DNA of 64,000 bases from Geosiphon pyriformis uo1 (Eukaryota > Fungi > Glomeromycota): contig JAAOMT010000512.1 in assembly GCA_016748015.1 (NCBI GenBank), forward strand, positions 1,932,893 through 1,996,892, written 5' to 3'. The position numbers and the translations under genes were made by a program. The stretch's first letter is position 1. Every line of letters starts with the position of its first letter. The notes under the pieces are model-generated. The model did not search any database and had not been told where the DNA came from. It saw only the letters and a program-made list of their open reading frames with translations. Shown here piece after piece: positions 37,101 to 50,200 of the stretch.

Positions 37101-37878
37101 TAATAAAATTTGTGTGTGATTTTGGATTAGTTTATAAGAATAATATTTGGTTTATCTGTTTTAAACACCAAACTTTTATGAAAAAAAGTGGTTTGATTTT
37201 ACAGAATAAATCTATGTTTGTAGATATTATTGATCTGTTATTTTTTTTATTTAGTAGAGTAATTAGGCTGTTTAAAATCACTAAAGTTTTTAGTATTAAT
37301 TTTGATATATATTTATTTTTTTGGGTATTAAAAACATGGTCTTTGTATATATAAATGTATAATATTGTTTTAACTAGTTTAAATGACTGGTTATATATTA
37401 TTAAATACATAATTTACATCTAGTTTAAATTACTTAATTTGATATATTATACTAAAGAGTATTTAAATCTTACTTATTAAACATAAAAAAAATATAACTA
37501 GTATATAAACAGATTATATTTACATAAACATAAAAAAAATTAATATTATATTTTTTGAGTAAATCTAATATTGTATTTTTATAATTAAGAAATAAACATA
37601 TATTATATTCTTATTAATTATTATAAAATTATTTTTCACTTTTTTTTAATAAAATATATAATTAGATATTTTATATTAATATTATCTTATGTTATAATAA
37701 TATGCTATTTATAATACATATTATAACATAATATAATTATTTTAACTTATTATATTGTAACTTTTTTCTCTCTTACCTCCAAAAATTCTCAAAAAAAGCA
37801 TATTTCAAAAGAAGTTTTTTCTGTTATTTCATACTGTTTTCTATTACTTTACAAGAAACAAATCCTTTTGTTGTCGAC

Positions 37879-39735
37879 TTGGCTGCTCCCATAAGTGGTA
37901 CTGGTACTAAAAGAAGGTCGACCAGAGTTCCAACTTCTGGTTCAGTTAGTAGTGGTTCAAGTTATAAGATCAAGAAACCTCCTGGTGGTGCTAAGTTATC
38001 AAGTAATAGTGCAACTCTTAAAGATAGTGGATCTGGTCAAGTGGTTAGGCAGTTTAATAGCATGGATACTGATGGGGAGGCTTCCGAAGGTGAAGGAGTA
38101 TCTGATTCCAAGATGAATACACCTCAAGCCAAATGTTTCAATAATGGTGCAATTGTTGGCTCCCCCCTCAGCTCTATTAATTATGACATAGAAGAAGAAA
38201 AAGAGGTTTTTTTTCCCTCCCATAGGTTTTTTTCTTTGGATAAGATGTGAATTAATCCCAAAATCATTAAAACTCAGGTGGAAGTGGCTGTAAAAAAATC
38301 TTTCACTTTGGACATCAATCTTTCAGCTGTGAAAGAGAAATCAGCAACAGCCAAAACTCATGTCATAAGGAAATTATTTTCAGGAATCAATGGTTTTGGG
38401 AGGGCCACTACCCCCTCAAAATTTGAAGAGATCATCAAATCTACCTTCATTTTTGAAGCAAGCATGGAAAAGGCTGCTTCATTGGCCAGAGAAAATAACA
38501 TCACAGTAAACAGTGATCTTAAGAAACAAGAAATTTGCTCAGATTGAACTGTAGTAATTAAGGAAATTTCCATGAATATGCCAAAAGAAATGATTATTGC
38601 CACAGTATCTGAGTTTGGACAAATTAAGTCAATCAAAATTCAACTTATTGGTTTATGGCAGAAGGCTGTGGTAGAATTCGCCAAATTGGAACAGACTGTG
38701 TCTTTGGCTGCTAAGTGGTCTTTCCTAATTGGTAAAGACTCAGTTCGTGTGGTTATGACAGTGGGTAATCGTGATACTTGGGCTTCTAGAGATCAATTTA
38801 GGGCACTTTTGTTTACTTTGTCTGTGAGAACAACTGCCCATGATCTTGGTGATCTGTTGGATGGGGCTAATAGAAAAAGTTACATAATCAACTGTTTTTT
38901 GGAGACTGGAAATAGGTTTTATTGTGCAGTGGTTGGCTTTGAGTCTAATGAAGTGCTGGAGTCTGCTTTTTGCATGGAACCAATCCTTGGTGGTGTGAAG
39001 CTTTCTTGGGCTAGATTGAATTTGGTTCGGTGTGAGCAGTGTGGAAAATTCAGTCATTCTACTTTGGAATGTGATGTTAAGGTCACTTCTACTTCTAAAT
39101 CTTCCAAGTCTTTTAAAAGGGTTGTCTCTAATAAAAACTGCCTCCAGTTGGCCCAATTGTATGCGAAAAAAGGTATGCCTATTGCTTAACCAGTTGCTTT
39201 TGGTGGCAAATTGTGGGCTCAAGTAGTCTCTCTTGCACCCTCATCTAATAATCCTTACTTTGGTTTTGATTCTGGTTTTGGCTCCCTTTCTTCTGGTGCC
39301 TCAGATGTGATTGGTCCCTTTCTTCATATGGTTCCTGCTAGTACATCTTTGGAGGCTCATTTTGCTTTTTTGGAGTGTTCTGTGGAGCTTCTTGTGGATA
39401 AGGTGTCTGATATTGTGAGTAAACTTGAAAATTTGGTCTTGGTGCCCCCAGTTTTTGCCTCCTCCTCTCAGAATTTGGTGGTCCCAGTTGTGGCAACTGT
39501 GGAGGTTGATTCGGACATGGCTCTAGATGATCTTAAGCCAGTACTTCTTCCCTTCTCTTTGGTTTCCTTTAGTACTTCAGAATTAAGTTCGAGTAGTTCA
39601 AAAATTTTAACCTCAAAGATGGGCTGTTTGAAGTCAAAGTTGATGGCTCTTGAGGCTTTGGTTTGTTTGGTTTTGGAAAAGTTTGATCAGATATGTACTG
39701 GCTTGGGTTCTGCAGTTTTTTTTTTATCTCAATAA
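37879..39735 (+). pseudogene. LINE E ORF1 (RRM-like region, CCHC knuckle, coiled-coil-like tail)
   Basis: SEFGQIKSIKIQLIGLWQKAVVEF (RRM-like), CEQCGKFSHSTLEC; in-frame stops. Confidence 0.88.
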
Positions 39736-42700
39736 GTAGTTTCATGTGGAAAATAGCTATGTGCAATATTAGAGGGATGAATAATTCTTCTAAGCAAGCC
39801 GACATTATTTGTTGGCATATAAGCATAGACAATATGGTTTCAATAGTTACAGAAACAAAGTTAAAGGATAAAGTTTGTCTGTGGATTGCTAATAGGTTTG
39901 CTGGTGTTCAGATTTTTATTTCTGGTTTGGATTCAGGTTATCTCGGCTCAGGCGTGGCTATTATTATGAATGTTGCTCTGGCCAAACATGTGTGTAAAGT
40001 TTCTGAAGTCTCTGGTCGTCTCATTTCTGTCAGGTTACTTTTTAAGAATAAACTCTCAGTCTCTATTTTGGGTCTGTATGCTGGCGCATCAGCTTTGGTG
40101 TGCTTCTCTCAGACCAATGACATGAATGCTTTAATTGCTGGTACTGTGAATAACTCCTTCTTTGTTGTCTTGGATGGTGACTTCAATAAAGATGGTTTGC
40201 ATAAGAGTGCCAGTTTCAAAAAGTGTGGTAGCTTGGGTCTGGTCAACTCTTTTGTTAGTAGTCCATTTTTAAAGTTTCCAACATGGAGTAATTTCCAGGG
40301 TGTGACAAAAACAATTGATTATCTTTTCATGTCTCCCAACTTAGTAAATGCTATTGTGGATCGCAATATTCTGGATGTGGTCAATTTCTTTAATACTGAC
40401 CACCAAGCCGTTTCTGCATCAATTAGTTTGGGTGGCCTCTTGGACACACAATTGTGTTCTATTCATAAACAGGCTAACAAGAACCGCTGGAAATACAATT
40501 ATAATACCACTGATGATGCTTTGTGGTCAAAGTTTAAGGATGAAATAGCGGTTAATGCTGCCATGTTCTCTGTTGATTTCATGGCTGCCAGGGAACTGTC
40601 AGATTTGGATGCAATGTAAGATGCTGTTTGCAAAACTATGTGCTTTTTGGTGGATGTAATATTCAAGAAAAAATGGTTTAAAAATTATGACAGTATTTTC
40701 ACTAAGCATTCGTCCAGGTTTCATAAGTTAGAACTTTTAGTGTCTAAATTAGTCAAGGCTTTCCATTCTGTTGATTGTAATAAGTTTGTATTACTGCTTG
40801 ATACTTGGGAATTGCTTGATTCTGCTAATGCTGTTGTAGTGAGGTCTCTTTTTTTCTCAAAGTCTCCTTTTGACAACATTTGCTCAGCTTTGTCCAAAAC
40901 CAGAAAATCTTATTGTGCCTTAAAGTTGTCAGAAGTGAAATGTGCTGAAGCTTCACAAATTAAATCTGCTATTGATAAGAGGATGGAAAGCTTTGAATCT
41001 AACAAAGATCATACTATTAAAAGTGTTTTAGAGAAACCTTTTTGCAAGGTGGTTTTGGATTATTTGGTCATTGGTGATGAGCTGTATTTGGAACCAGGTC
41101 CTGTTAAAACTAAGGTGGATGAGATTATGGAGGAATGGATTTGTAAATGTGAAATGGTTTTTGATATTCCAGGAGATTGGTTTCACCAATATCAGCCTTT
41201 GGAATATGTTTTTGATGGTGCTTTTTTTGATGTTATAAGCTGTGTTAGTTTTGATGAAATATTTGGCGTGGTCTCTAACCTATCTGACAGAAAGGCAGCT
41301 GGTCTCTCAGGCATCTCCAATGAACTTTGGAAGCATTGTGACAAATCTGTTCTTAATATGCTCTTGGTGTTTATCAATTCTTGTTTCTGTAGTAAATCAG
41401 TGCCTGGTGCATGGAAGAATGCCTAGATATCAATAATTCCCAAACCTTATGAATGGGAGGGCGTGCTCACAAACACTTGTTCTATTGCTCTAATTGAGAC
41501 AGCTCAAAAAATCCTTTCCAAGATTCTTTCTGACAGAATTTCTTTGGCATGTAGCAAGTTAATGTTCTTTGTGGGGACAATTTTTCAGTTCTTAAAGGCA
41601 CTATGACTCAATCTCCCATTTTTGCAATTGGTTCGGTGATCAAGAATGCTCTTGAAAAAGACCAGAAGCTCTGGCTGGTTTTGCAAAATATGCGAAAAGC
41701 ATATAACTTGGTTGGTTGGGAACATCTTAAGAAAAGTTTGGTTAGAATAAAGATGTGCTGCAAGTTTATTAGATTTTTTGGAGATATTCATGGTGGTCAT
41801 ATCAACCAAGTTATGATTGATTTTGGGTTAACAAATGGTTATCATATACACGATGGCTTGGACCAAGGGGAAGTGTTTTTGCTTCTTCTCTGGCATATAT
41901 TTTATGATCCTCTCTTGTGTGAAGTTAAGAAGCAAGAGAGTGTGTGTGGTTACAGGCTAATTTCTTATTTTATTGCTAAGACAGGCTGTATAGAGTCTCA
42001 GACTGAATTGTCATCTTTTTTTGCTACTGGCGCTTTTATGAATAATACAATTTGAGTGGGTAGCAGTCAGGCTGCTACTCAGCTTATTCTTAATGTGGCT
42101 AGTGAATTTTTCTGCATCAATGATATTTCTATTAATAATGATAAGACAGTGGCCATTCCAATTAATATCCATGTCAGTGCACCTTCTCTTTTCATCAGTG
42201 GGTCTCCTATTTCTATAGCCAAATCAGGTGAATTACATCATTACTTGGGTATCTTTTTGTTATCTAAAGGACTGTCAAAGCCCAGCCTGGCAAAAGCACA
42301 TTTAGATGTTTGTTTTTTACCAACTTAGTTCTGAAGAAGGCTGTATTGGATAAACAGTTTTTATATTTGGTGTCTGCTGTCCTTCACCCTATTATCGGTT
42401 ATAGGACTCAATTTAGTTTTGTTCCTGTCAGTGTGTATAACAAGTGGGATGCTTTGATTCATAAAGGCTTGAAGTCCAAATCTGGATTGCCTCTTGATTT
42501 TCCTAGTGATACAATCCATCACCCTTTTTTCTATGGGTTGAAATCTTTTGCCCAAATTCAATCGGAAAGTAAAGTCACTTCTCTTATTTGTTTTGCGAAC
42601 TCAGTTGGGATCTTGGGTCGCCTATTCTTTCACAGGTCTCATAATTTACAAGTTTTGTGTTGGCACCCTGTTTATCTTTTAAGCATTCTTGTTTGTGTTT

Positions 42701-44418
42701 GAGTCAGCCCTTTGAATAACTTCTTGGCAGGTGTTATTCGCATTTTCCTCAATTGCAATTTATCTTTGAGTGGTTCTTTTGATAGTCCATTTCGGCTTTG
42801 TGGTGGAGTGCCCATGTCTGCCATTCTCGATGAGTCTAGATTTATCAAGTTCTTTCCTTCACTCTGGCAATATGGTATTGTCTTTGTTAACCAACTCTGT
42901 GATCAACATGGTGCTGTATTTGACTGGTACAAATTCAAGTGGTGGAAGAGGTTGGCCCCCTGTGGTCTGACTCCTGAGTGGTTTGTGTTTTCTGTCAAAT
43001 TTCTTCTTGGTATGTTTTTTCTTCATGCTCCTTCTTTTGCTTTGGTTGGTGAGGGTCTTCAGAATATTTTTGACTCTTCTGGCTCTGTGTTGGTTCATGA
43101 TCAGCTTTCCTGAGTTCTTCCTGGTAACATTTTTGTTTATATAGATGGGTCTCTGACGAACCTTGGTACCGAAAATTGTATGGCTGGAGCTGGAGTTTTT
43201 TTCAGTAATATTGATCTGGGTTTGGGCATTGGTGTTTCAGGTTTGTTGTTTTCTACTTTGGTAGAAATGCAAGCTATTGCACTGGTACTGGAGTGTGTTC
43301 CCCATTCCAGCTCTGTTTGTCTGTTCTCTGATAGTCAAGCTGCTCTGGATGCCTGTAAGTTAGAACTAGATCTGGTCTGTCTGGATTTTTGCAATCATTG
43401 TTGGTTTGAACGCCAGCTTGTTGTAAACATTATTCATGGCAAGAATTTGAGGGTAGAATGGCACAAGGTAAAAAGTCACTCTGGTGTGATTGGAAATGAA
43501 TATGCAGATGCTATTGCTGGGGCTTCTTCTCACTCTGGCTGGTTTCTTTCTTTACAATTGAATGCACACTTCTTGTTGGCAGACAGTGGTGTTGTTTCTG
43601 GCAATTCTAGACATTTTGTTCGTGATATTTTTCGTTCCGTTTATTGTGTGTACTGGGAAATTGGTTCTGGTTCTAAATTTTTGCCTGCCAGTTTGCTTGC
43701 AGACATTGATTGGTTCTGCTTCTCACTGGTATAGCATTTTGATTCACATATAGTTGCTGGTCACACTAGTAGGCCTACAGCAGATGTATACACTTTTTTT
43801 ATGAAAGCATTGCACCACCAGCTGCCTGTTGCTGTTCGAAAACGCCTGTATAACAGATGGTATCCTAGTGTATTGTGCTTATATTGTGGTAAAGTAGAGA
43901 CATCGGATCACGTTTTCTCTTGCGAGATTGATAACTCTGCGCATTTTCAGATATTAAATACATGTTCAAAATCTTGAATGATGCTTTCTGGCCTATCTTT
44001 CTCTTTTTTCTGCATGCTGTAATTGTTGTCTTCTTGTGCCTTTGATGTCTCTGTGTCTATGGCTCTCTTTAAAGGGTTTGTTTTTAGTGAATGGTTTTGT
44101 GAGGCTGTCTTTGTTTTCAAGGCCCCCAAGGTTGCTAGTTCAAATATTGTTGAGTTTGTGCATTCCTTTGGTCTCACTTTCAGGAATGATATTTGGTTGA
44201 TTTGGGTTAAATATTGTGCATTTATGGAAAGTAATAATCTCATCCCACTTAACAGTTTATTTTCTATCTCAGTTTCTGGCTCAGCTTCTAGGTTCTTGGC
44301 TGGCATTGTTAAACTACTTGGTGTGGCTAATGCTCTTGGTGTTTGTTTTGGCTTTTGTAAACATTGTTCTTTCTTTTCTGGTATTGGTGATTCTGTTTTG
44401 GTACATATAACAACATAG
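39732..44418 (+). pseudogene. LINE E ORF2 (APE endonuclease, RT, RNase H, CCHC)
   Basis: APE: CNIRGMN, ETKL, GDFN, IDY, TDH. RT: LQNMRKAYNLV, GLDQGEVF, GAFMNNTI. RNase H: VYIDGS, EMQAI, SDSQAAL, KVKSHSGVIGNEYAD. C-terminal CLYCGKVETSDHVFSC. Confidence 0.95.
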
Positions 44419-46499
44419 TGTTGTCCTAATCGGCCTGAGTGGCTGGTCACATGTAGAAAGAGCATGATTCACACTTAGTTTATGTCATTTCTTTGATGTA
44501 TAGCTCTAGGTAGTGTTTGAATCTTACTTATAAAACATTAATAAAAAAAAAAATTGTTTTATTTATATAAAAATAACTACAAATTTGTGTTTAATCTAAT
44601 GTGTCTTCTATTTTTTAATCTAATATGTTTTTTGTTTTTTAATTTAGTGTATTTTTTATTTGTGTCTTTTATTTTTTGATCTATTATATCTTTAATATTG
44701 TATTTTTAATTTTATTTATTACTAAATTTTCTTAATATGTAAGCTTTTTTAATTGTATTATAATATAACAAGTTTTATATTTATAAAATTTTTACAAATT
44801 AAGACCAAAAATTTTGTAATATATTAAGTATAGTTGTATAATAAATACAAAAAATTTAATATATTAAAAATTCAATTTATATATCAAGTATACTAATATA
44901 TAAAAAAAGATTTAACATAAATTTATGCAAAAAATTAAAAAAAAAATTGAAAAATACCTAATAATTTTAATTTTAATTCAAGATTTTTTGCATTTTTTAT
45001 AACCAATACTATTATTTAAAAACTTTAAAATTATTTAAACTATTCTAACTTTAATTATTTTAAAGGCAATCAAAAAAATTGTTATAGATAACATAATTTT
45101 TTCTAATGCTTCAACATAAAAAAAAGCTGTAAAAATTATTAATACAAATAACAAAAACTTGTTAAGCTTTAATAAATCTATAATTCTATTACTAACTTAA
45201 AAACTTAACATAGTTTTTTAATCTGTATTACATATTTCAAAAAAATTTTGCATAATAAGACTAAAAAAATAAAAAAAATAAATATTATGTAAAATACCAA
45301 AGTAAAAGTTGGGCAAAAAAAGCAAAAATTTTAAAACAACATTAAGAAATTATAAAATATAATTTATTTAATTACATATCTTTTTTAATTCAATATTTAA
45401 AATTACATAAACATATTTATGAATATATTAAGTTTAAAACTGCAGACAAAAAAAAAATTATAAAAATTAGAATTATTAATTATTTTTGTAAAGTTTTAAA
45501 TTTAAATATAATGAATATTTTTTCTAAATAATTATTTTTTGTTATATTAATTACCTACAATAGTAGTAAAAGTCTATTATTATCTAATTAATATTGCAAT
45601 TATTTTTGTTTTATAAAATAAAAAAAAACATTCTAATAAACACTATTGTTTTGCTTCAGTAAAAAAAGCTAAACAATTTGCAGTTTTATTTTCTATTTAA
45701 TTTGTAATTATTTTATAGTATAACAAGGCCAAAATTTTTTTTGGTATTATTACAAGTGATATTTGGGATCTCAAATCAAATAACAAATCTGTAACTTGGT
45801 GCTCAATAACTAATATGTTTGGTGATATCTAAAGGTTTTGGTTATCTAAAAGTTTGGTTGAGTTTTTTGTATAATGGACAAAAATTCAAGTATTGTTTTC
45901 AGTCATTTTTCAAAATCACAATTCCATCAATTTTTTTTTCAGCATAATGGCCAGCAATTTTTTGATAAGCTATTCTCAATTATGAGTGTTTACTCTTATT
46001 TCTGGGTTTTTTACTAGTGTTATATCCTAATATCAGTACTCCATGCATTAATTTCTTTAATCAGTAGTAAATCAACAAACAAAAAAAAATAAAATAAAAG
46101 AAAATAAAATAAAAGAAAATAAAAGAAAATGAAAAAAAAATAAGAAATTAATATTTTATTAATAACCATAATCAAGAGCTATTGTTTCAGTGTGGTTAAA
46201 TGTTAGATTTTATTAATATAAAGTGTTAATAAATGAATAAATAATTAGATTTTCAAACAAATAACAATAATATAAATTTAAAAAATTGAAAAGATATTTT
46301 ATTTATATAATTTTATTTCAATTGATAGCAACTATTCTTAAAATGAGGGTTAATAAATAGAGAAGAAAGAAGATTATTCTAAATTAATAAAACTCTATTG
46401 AATTCTTCAAAAAATTTTAAATTCTTTTAAAATTACTTTTTTTGCTTTTAATATTCTTATTATATATATATAATTTATGTTATACAAGATCTTGTATAT

Positions 46500-46670
46500 T
46501 CATAAGCAATATGCCATAATTTCTTGAACAATGTTTACATTGCTAAACAATATGTCTGTAATTTTGACAATGTGTTCATTGCTGAACAATATATTATAAT
46601 TCTTTAACAATGTTTTATATTGCTAAACAATATGCTCTAATTCATTAACAATGTGTTTATATGCTAAATA
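46500..46670. repeat. Tandem array of about four ~40-bp units (TGCTAAACAATATG..TAATT..AACAATGT), possibly U3 of a decayed solo LTR at ~45719-46750
   Basis: Units are directly visible; the same TGCTAAACAATAT core occurs near the end of both B LTRs. Confidence 0.6.
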
Positions 46671-47293
46671 CTATTTTCTTATTAGTCTATTTTTTTCTAT
46701 CTATTTTTCCTACTATTTTTTTTGTATTCTTTTTTCTATGAGTAATAGTATTTTTACAATTAAAATTTTTTTTCAAATTATGTAAAATTTTCAAGAACCA
46801 ATTATATTATTAGATTATAATTTTTCAATTAATATACAGTAAAAGTTAATTTTATTAGTCTATTTGTTAATAAATCTAAGTAATACAAATAATATTTTTT
46901 GTAATAATTAACTATTAATTTTTATTTATTCATATTATAAAGTTAATACAAATTCTGCCACTTATATAAATAACTTAATTTTATTAATATAAAATATATA
47001 TTTTAATAAAATATTGAAAATTAATAGTTAAATCAAACTTATTTGAATTTTTTTAGTTAATAAAAGTTCAGATAAAAATTTTCATTATATAAAAAACATT
47101 TTTAAATATTATAAAATGTTTTGTGTATTTGATCTTAATTATTTTTCAATTAAAATAAATGTTTTTTTTTTATTCATTTTACAAGTGAGATTCAAATACT
47201 ACCTAGTACAATATATTAAGTAACTGATCTAAACTAAACATAAATCATATATTTTCTACATGCAACCAGCTACTCGGGCCAATTAGGACCATA

Positions 47294-50200
47294 CTAAGTG
47301 TCTATATGCATTGAGAATAAGTCACCAATACCTAAAAAAAACAAATAAGACTTGCGAAATTCATAACCAACACCAATTGTCTTAGCAATACCCAGTAACC
47401 TAACAACACTTTTAGAAAGCACTGCAAACAGCCTTAAAACTGAAGCTGGAGCTGAACCATTCTGTGGTATCATTCTACTTGTCTCTATGCAGGCTTGATG
47501 CTTAGCATAGACCAACCAAATCTCATTCCTAAAAGCAAAACACAAGTTATGAACAAATTCAACAACCTTCCGACTAACTAACTTTGCACCTCCAAAAACA
47601 GAGATAGCTTCTCAAAGTCATTCTTTGAAAACAAATCTCTTGCAAAGAGCTGTGCAAATCATGACATTTGAGATACAGGAAGACAGTAATTGAGAAACAC
47701 TTGAAGAGAAGATAGAAAGACCAAAAAGCTGCACTCTAAGCAGCAGCGTGAGCATTCAATAGATGACAATAAACAAAATTATTGACCACGCAAAAAAAAG
47801 CATGATCAGAGACTTCAACCTCACTACAGTATAGATACAGTACACTCAGATAGCATCTGTCATACAATTGCTTCCAAATAGCAACTGGCAGTTGATGATA
47901 TAAAGCTTTCATGAAATATTTGCGAGTACTAGCCATAGATTTACTGATAAAATCAGCAGCCATGTGTAAGTCTGGGTGTCACACCAATAACAAGTTAAGC
48001 CAATCAACATTTGAAACTCTTATTTAAAACCCTAGAACCTGAACTGACCTCCCAGCATGCACGAAGAATAGACCAAAAGACCCCACAAATAAAATGCCTA
48101 GAGTTATCAGAAACAACATTACCTTCAGCTAAAATACGATGTTTCTTTACACGAGGAATAAGACACCAAAGAGAGAGAAATGCTGTGTCAGCAAATGTGT
48201 TAGCACACTCATTGTCCATGACACCTGAATGACCTTTCACTTTATGCCAGCTAACACTTAAATTCTTTTTCCTGATAATGTTTACAATGTGCCAACACTC
48301 AACCCAACAGCAATTCCAAAAATCTGGATAAACCAGACCCAATTCTGATTTGCATGCATCCAAAACAGCCTGACTGTCTGTAAAGACACCAACTGAGCTA
48401 TTTGGAGGGACATACTTAACAGCCAATGCAATGGCCTACAGCTCAGCCAAAGTAGAAAACATCAAATCAGATACACTGACACTCAAATTCAAGCTTATGT
48501 TCTCGAAAAAAACTGCTGCACTAGCTCTCATATCAACACTTTTCAAGCTTCTCAGAGATCCATCCATATAGACAGAAAAGCAATCAGTCTTAAGATTTAG
48601 CAACTGATCATAAATCAATTCAAACTCACTAGATTCCAAAATATCCAAAGACTCAGCAGCACCTACAGAAAAAAACAGACAGAAAAAGAAGCAACACTAT
48701 TGAGAAAGTTAACAGAAAGTCTAAACTACTTAGAAATAGGGCCATGTGAATCTAGCTTTTTCCAATGCTTAAACGTCTTCTAATCAAAAACAGCTTCATT
48801 TTTACCACAAAGTTGGTCAACAAAGGCAATACCATATTTCCAAAAAGACAGAAAAAACTTAAAATAATCAGTCTTGCCAAGAACAGAAGACATGGGCATT
48901 CTACCACAAAAATGGAAAGAATTATTCACATGACCATCCAAAGACAGACCACACCCAAGAAAAATATGAACCACACTTGCCAAAAAATTATTAGAAGCAC
49001 TGACTTTTATACACATTGGAGACACCAATAGGTGGAATGGACCCCAAGACAGAACCTGCAAGTTATGAAACCTGTACAAAAACAACTGATTCAAAATCCC
49101 AAGGGAATTCACAAAGCACACAACAGAAGCAACCTTGTTTTCAGCTTGGACTTGCTTGAAAGTCTTCAAACCATATAATAAAGGATAATAAAGTGCATTA
49201 TTGGGAAAATCTAAAGGTAGACCAGACTTTAGCTTTAAATTTCTGCAAATTAAAGAGTCCCACTTATCACATGTGCTAATAGGAACAAAACTGAACTGTG
49301 TTTTGTAGCTAACAATAAGTTGAAGAACTGCCAACACCAAATACAAGAACTGTTTATTAGAAATAGTTTTTCTTAAAACCAGATTGGCAAAAAATCTAAC
49401 ATCAGCATTGGCCTTAGCCAAACTAGGCTTTAACAAACTCTCAGTTGACAAAAAAATCTCCAGGTAGCAATGAGACTCTCCTTTCTTGGCAATGAATATA
49501 GGCAAACTGCTAATAGACAAATTGGGACACATAATTCTGCAATTAATGAGAATTGCCACTGTCTTGTCATTGTTAATAGATATGTTATTGATCTGAAAAA
49601 ATTTGCTAGCAACATCAAGAATGTGTTGGGTTGCAGCTTGGCTGCTACCAATCTAAATTGTGTTATCAACAAAAGTACCAGCAGCAAGAAAAAATGTTAA
49701 TTCAGCTTGAGATTCCAAATGACCAGTCTTGGCAACAAAATAAAAGTTCAGCTTATATCCACAAATGCTCTTCTGTCTCTTGACCTTTAAAATATGCACC
49801 AAAGAAGTGGTGAAAACACCTCCCCCTGATCCAAACTATCATGCATTTGATATCCATTTGTCAAACCAAAATCTGTCATTACCCTGTTAACATGATCATT
49901 GTGAATGTTACCAAAAAATCCAATAAACTTGTCACACATCTTTATCCTAACCAAACTGTTCCTAAGATGCTCCCAACCAACAGAGTCATAAGCCTTTCAC
50001 ATGTTCTGCAAAACCAGCCAAAGTTCATGGTTCTTTTCTAAAGCATTCTTAATAACTGAACCAATGGCAAAAATGAGAAATTGTGTCATTATATTCTTTA
50101 GAACTAAGAAATTGTCTTTGCACAAGACATCAAAAGAGCTATATGCCAAAGAAATCCTGTTCGAGAGAATCTTGGAAAGGATTTTGCGAGCAGTCTCAAT

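Larger units (their letters stand above)
20016..37492 (+). mobile_element. LINE D, full-length but heavily decayed, split by Gypsy C
   Basis: Decayed 5' motif at ~20016-20083; ORF1 remnants 20160-20386 continuing at 31119-32730; ORF2 remnants ~32730-37370 colinear with LINE E; 3' UTR and poly(A); candidate TSD AATATAACTA (20006-20015 and 37491-37500). Confidence 0.85.
37759..44553 (+). mobile_element. LINE E, full-length APE-type non-LTR retrotransposon with RNase H
   Basis: 5' motif CTTTTTTCTCTCTTACCTCCAAAAA, ORF1, ORF2, 3' UTR, poly(A) at ~44543-44553; weak candidate TSD ATTGT (37754-37758 and 44553-44557). Confidence 0.95.

Noticed and set aside
23466-37410. Short F/I/K/L/N-rich ORFs as membrane-protein genes
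   Set aside because: Products of extreme AT decay of Gypsy C and LINE D.
38250-44418. Alternative genetic code or readthrough explaining the in-frame stops
   Set aside because: Stops are of all three types, differ between copies and come with frameshifts; the PPR gene reads cleanly in the standard code.
44590-44690. Short ~24-bp degenerate tandem repeats after LINE E
   Set aside because: Low complexity; no function or family can be assigned.
46500-46670. CRISPR-like array (also considered for 18370-18460 and 6480-6600)
   Set aside because: Tandem units without unique spacers, eukaryotic LTR context, no cas genes.
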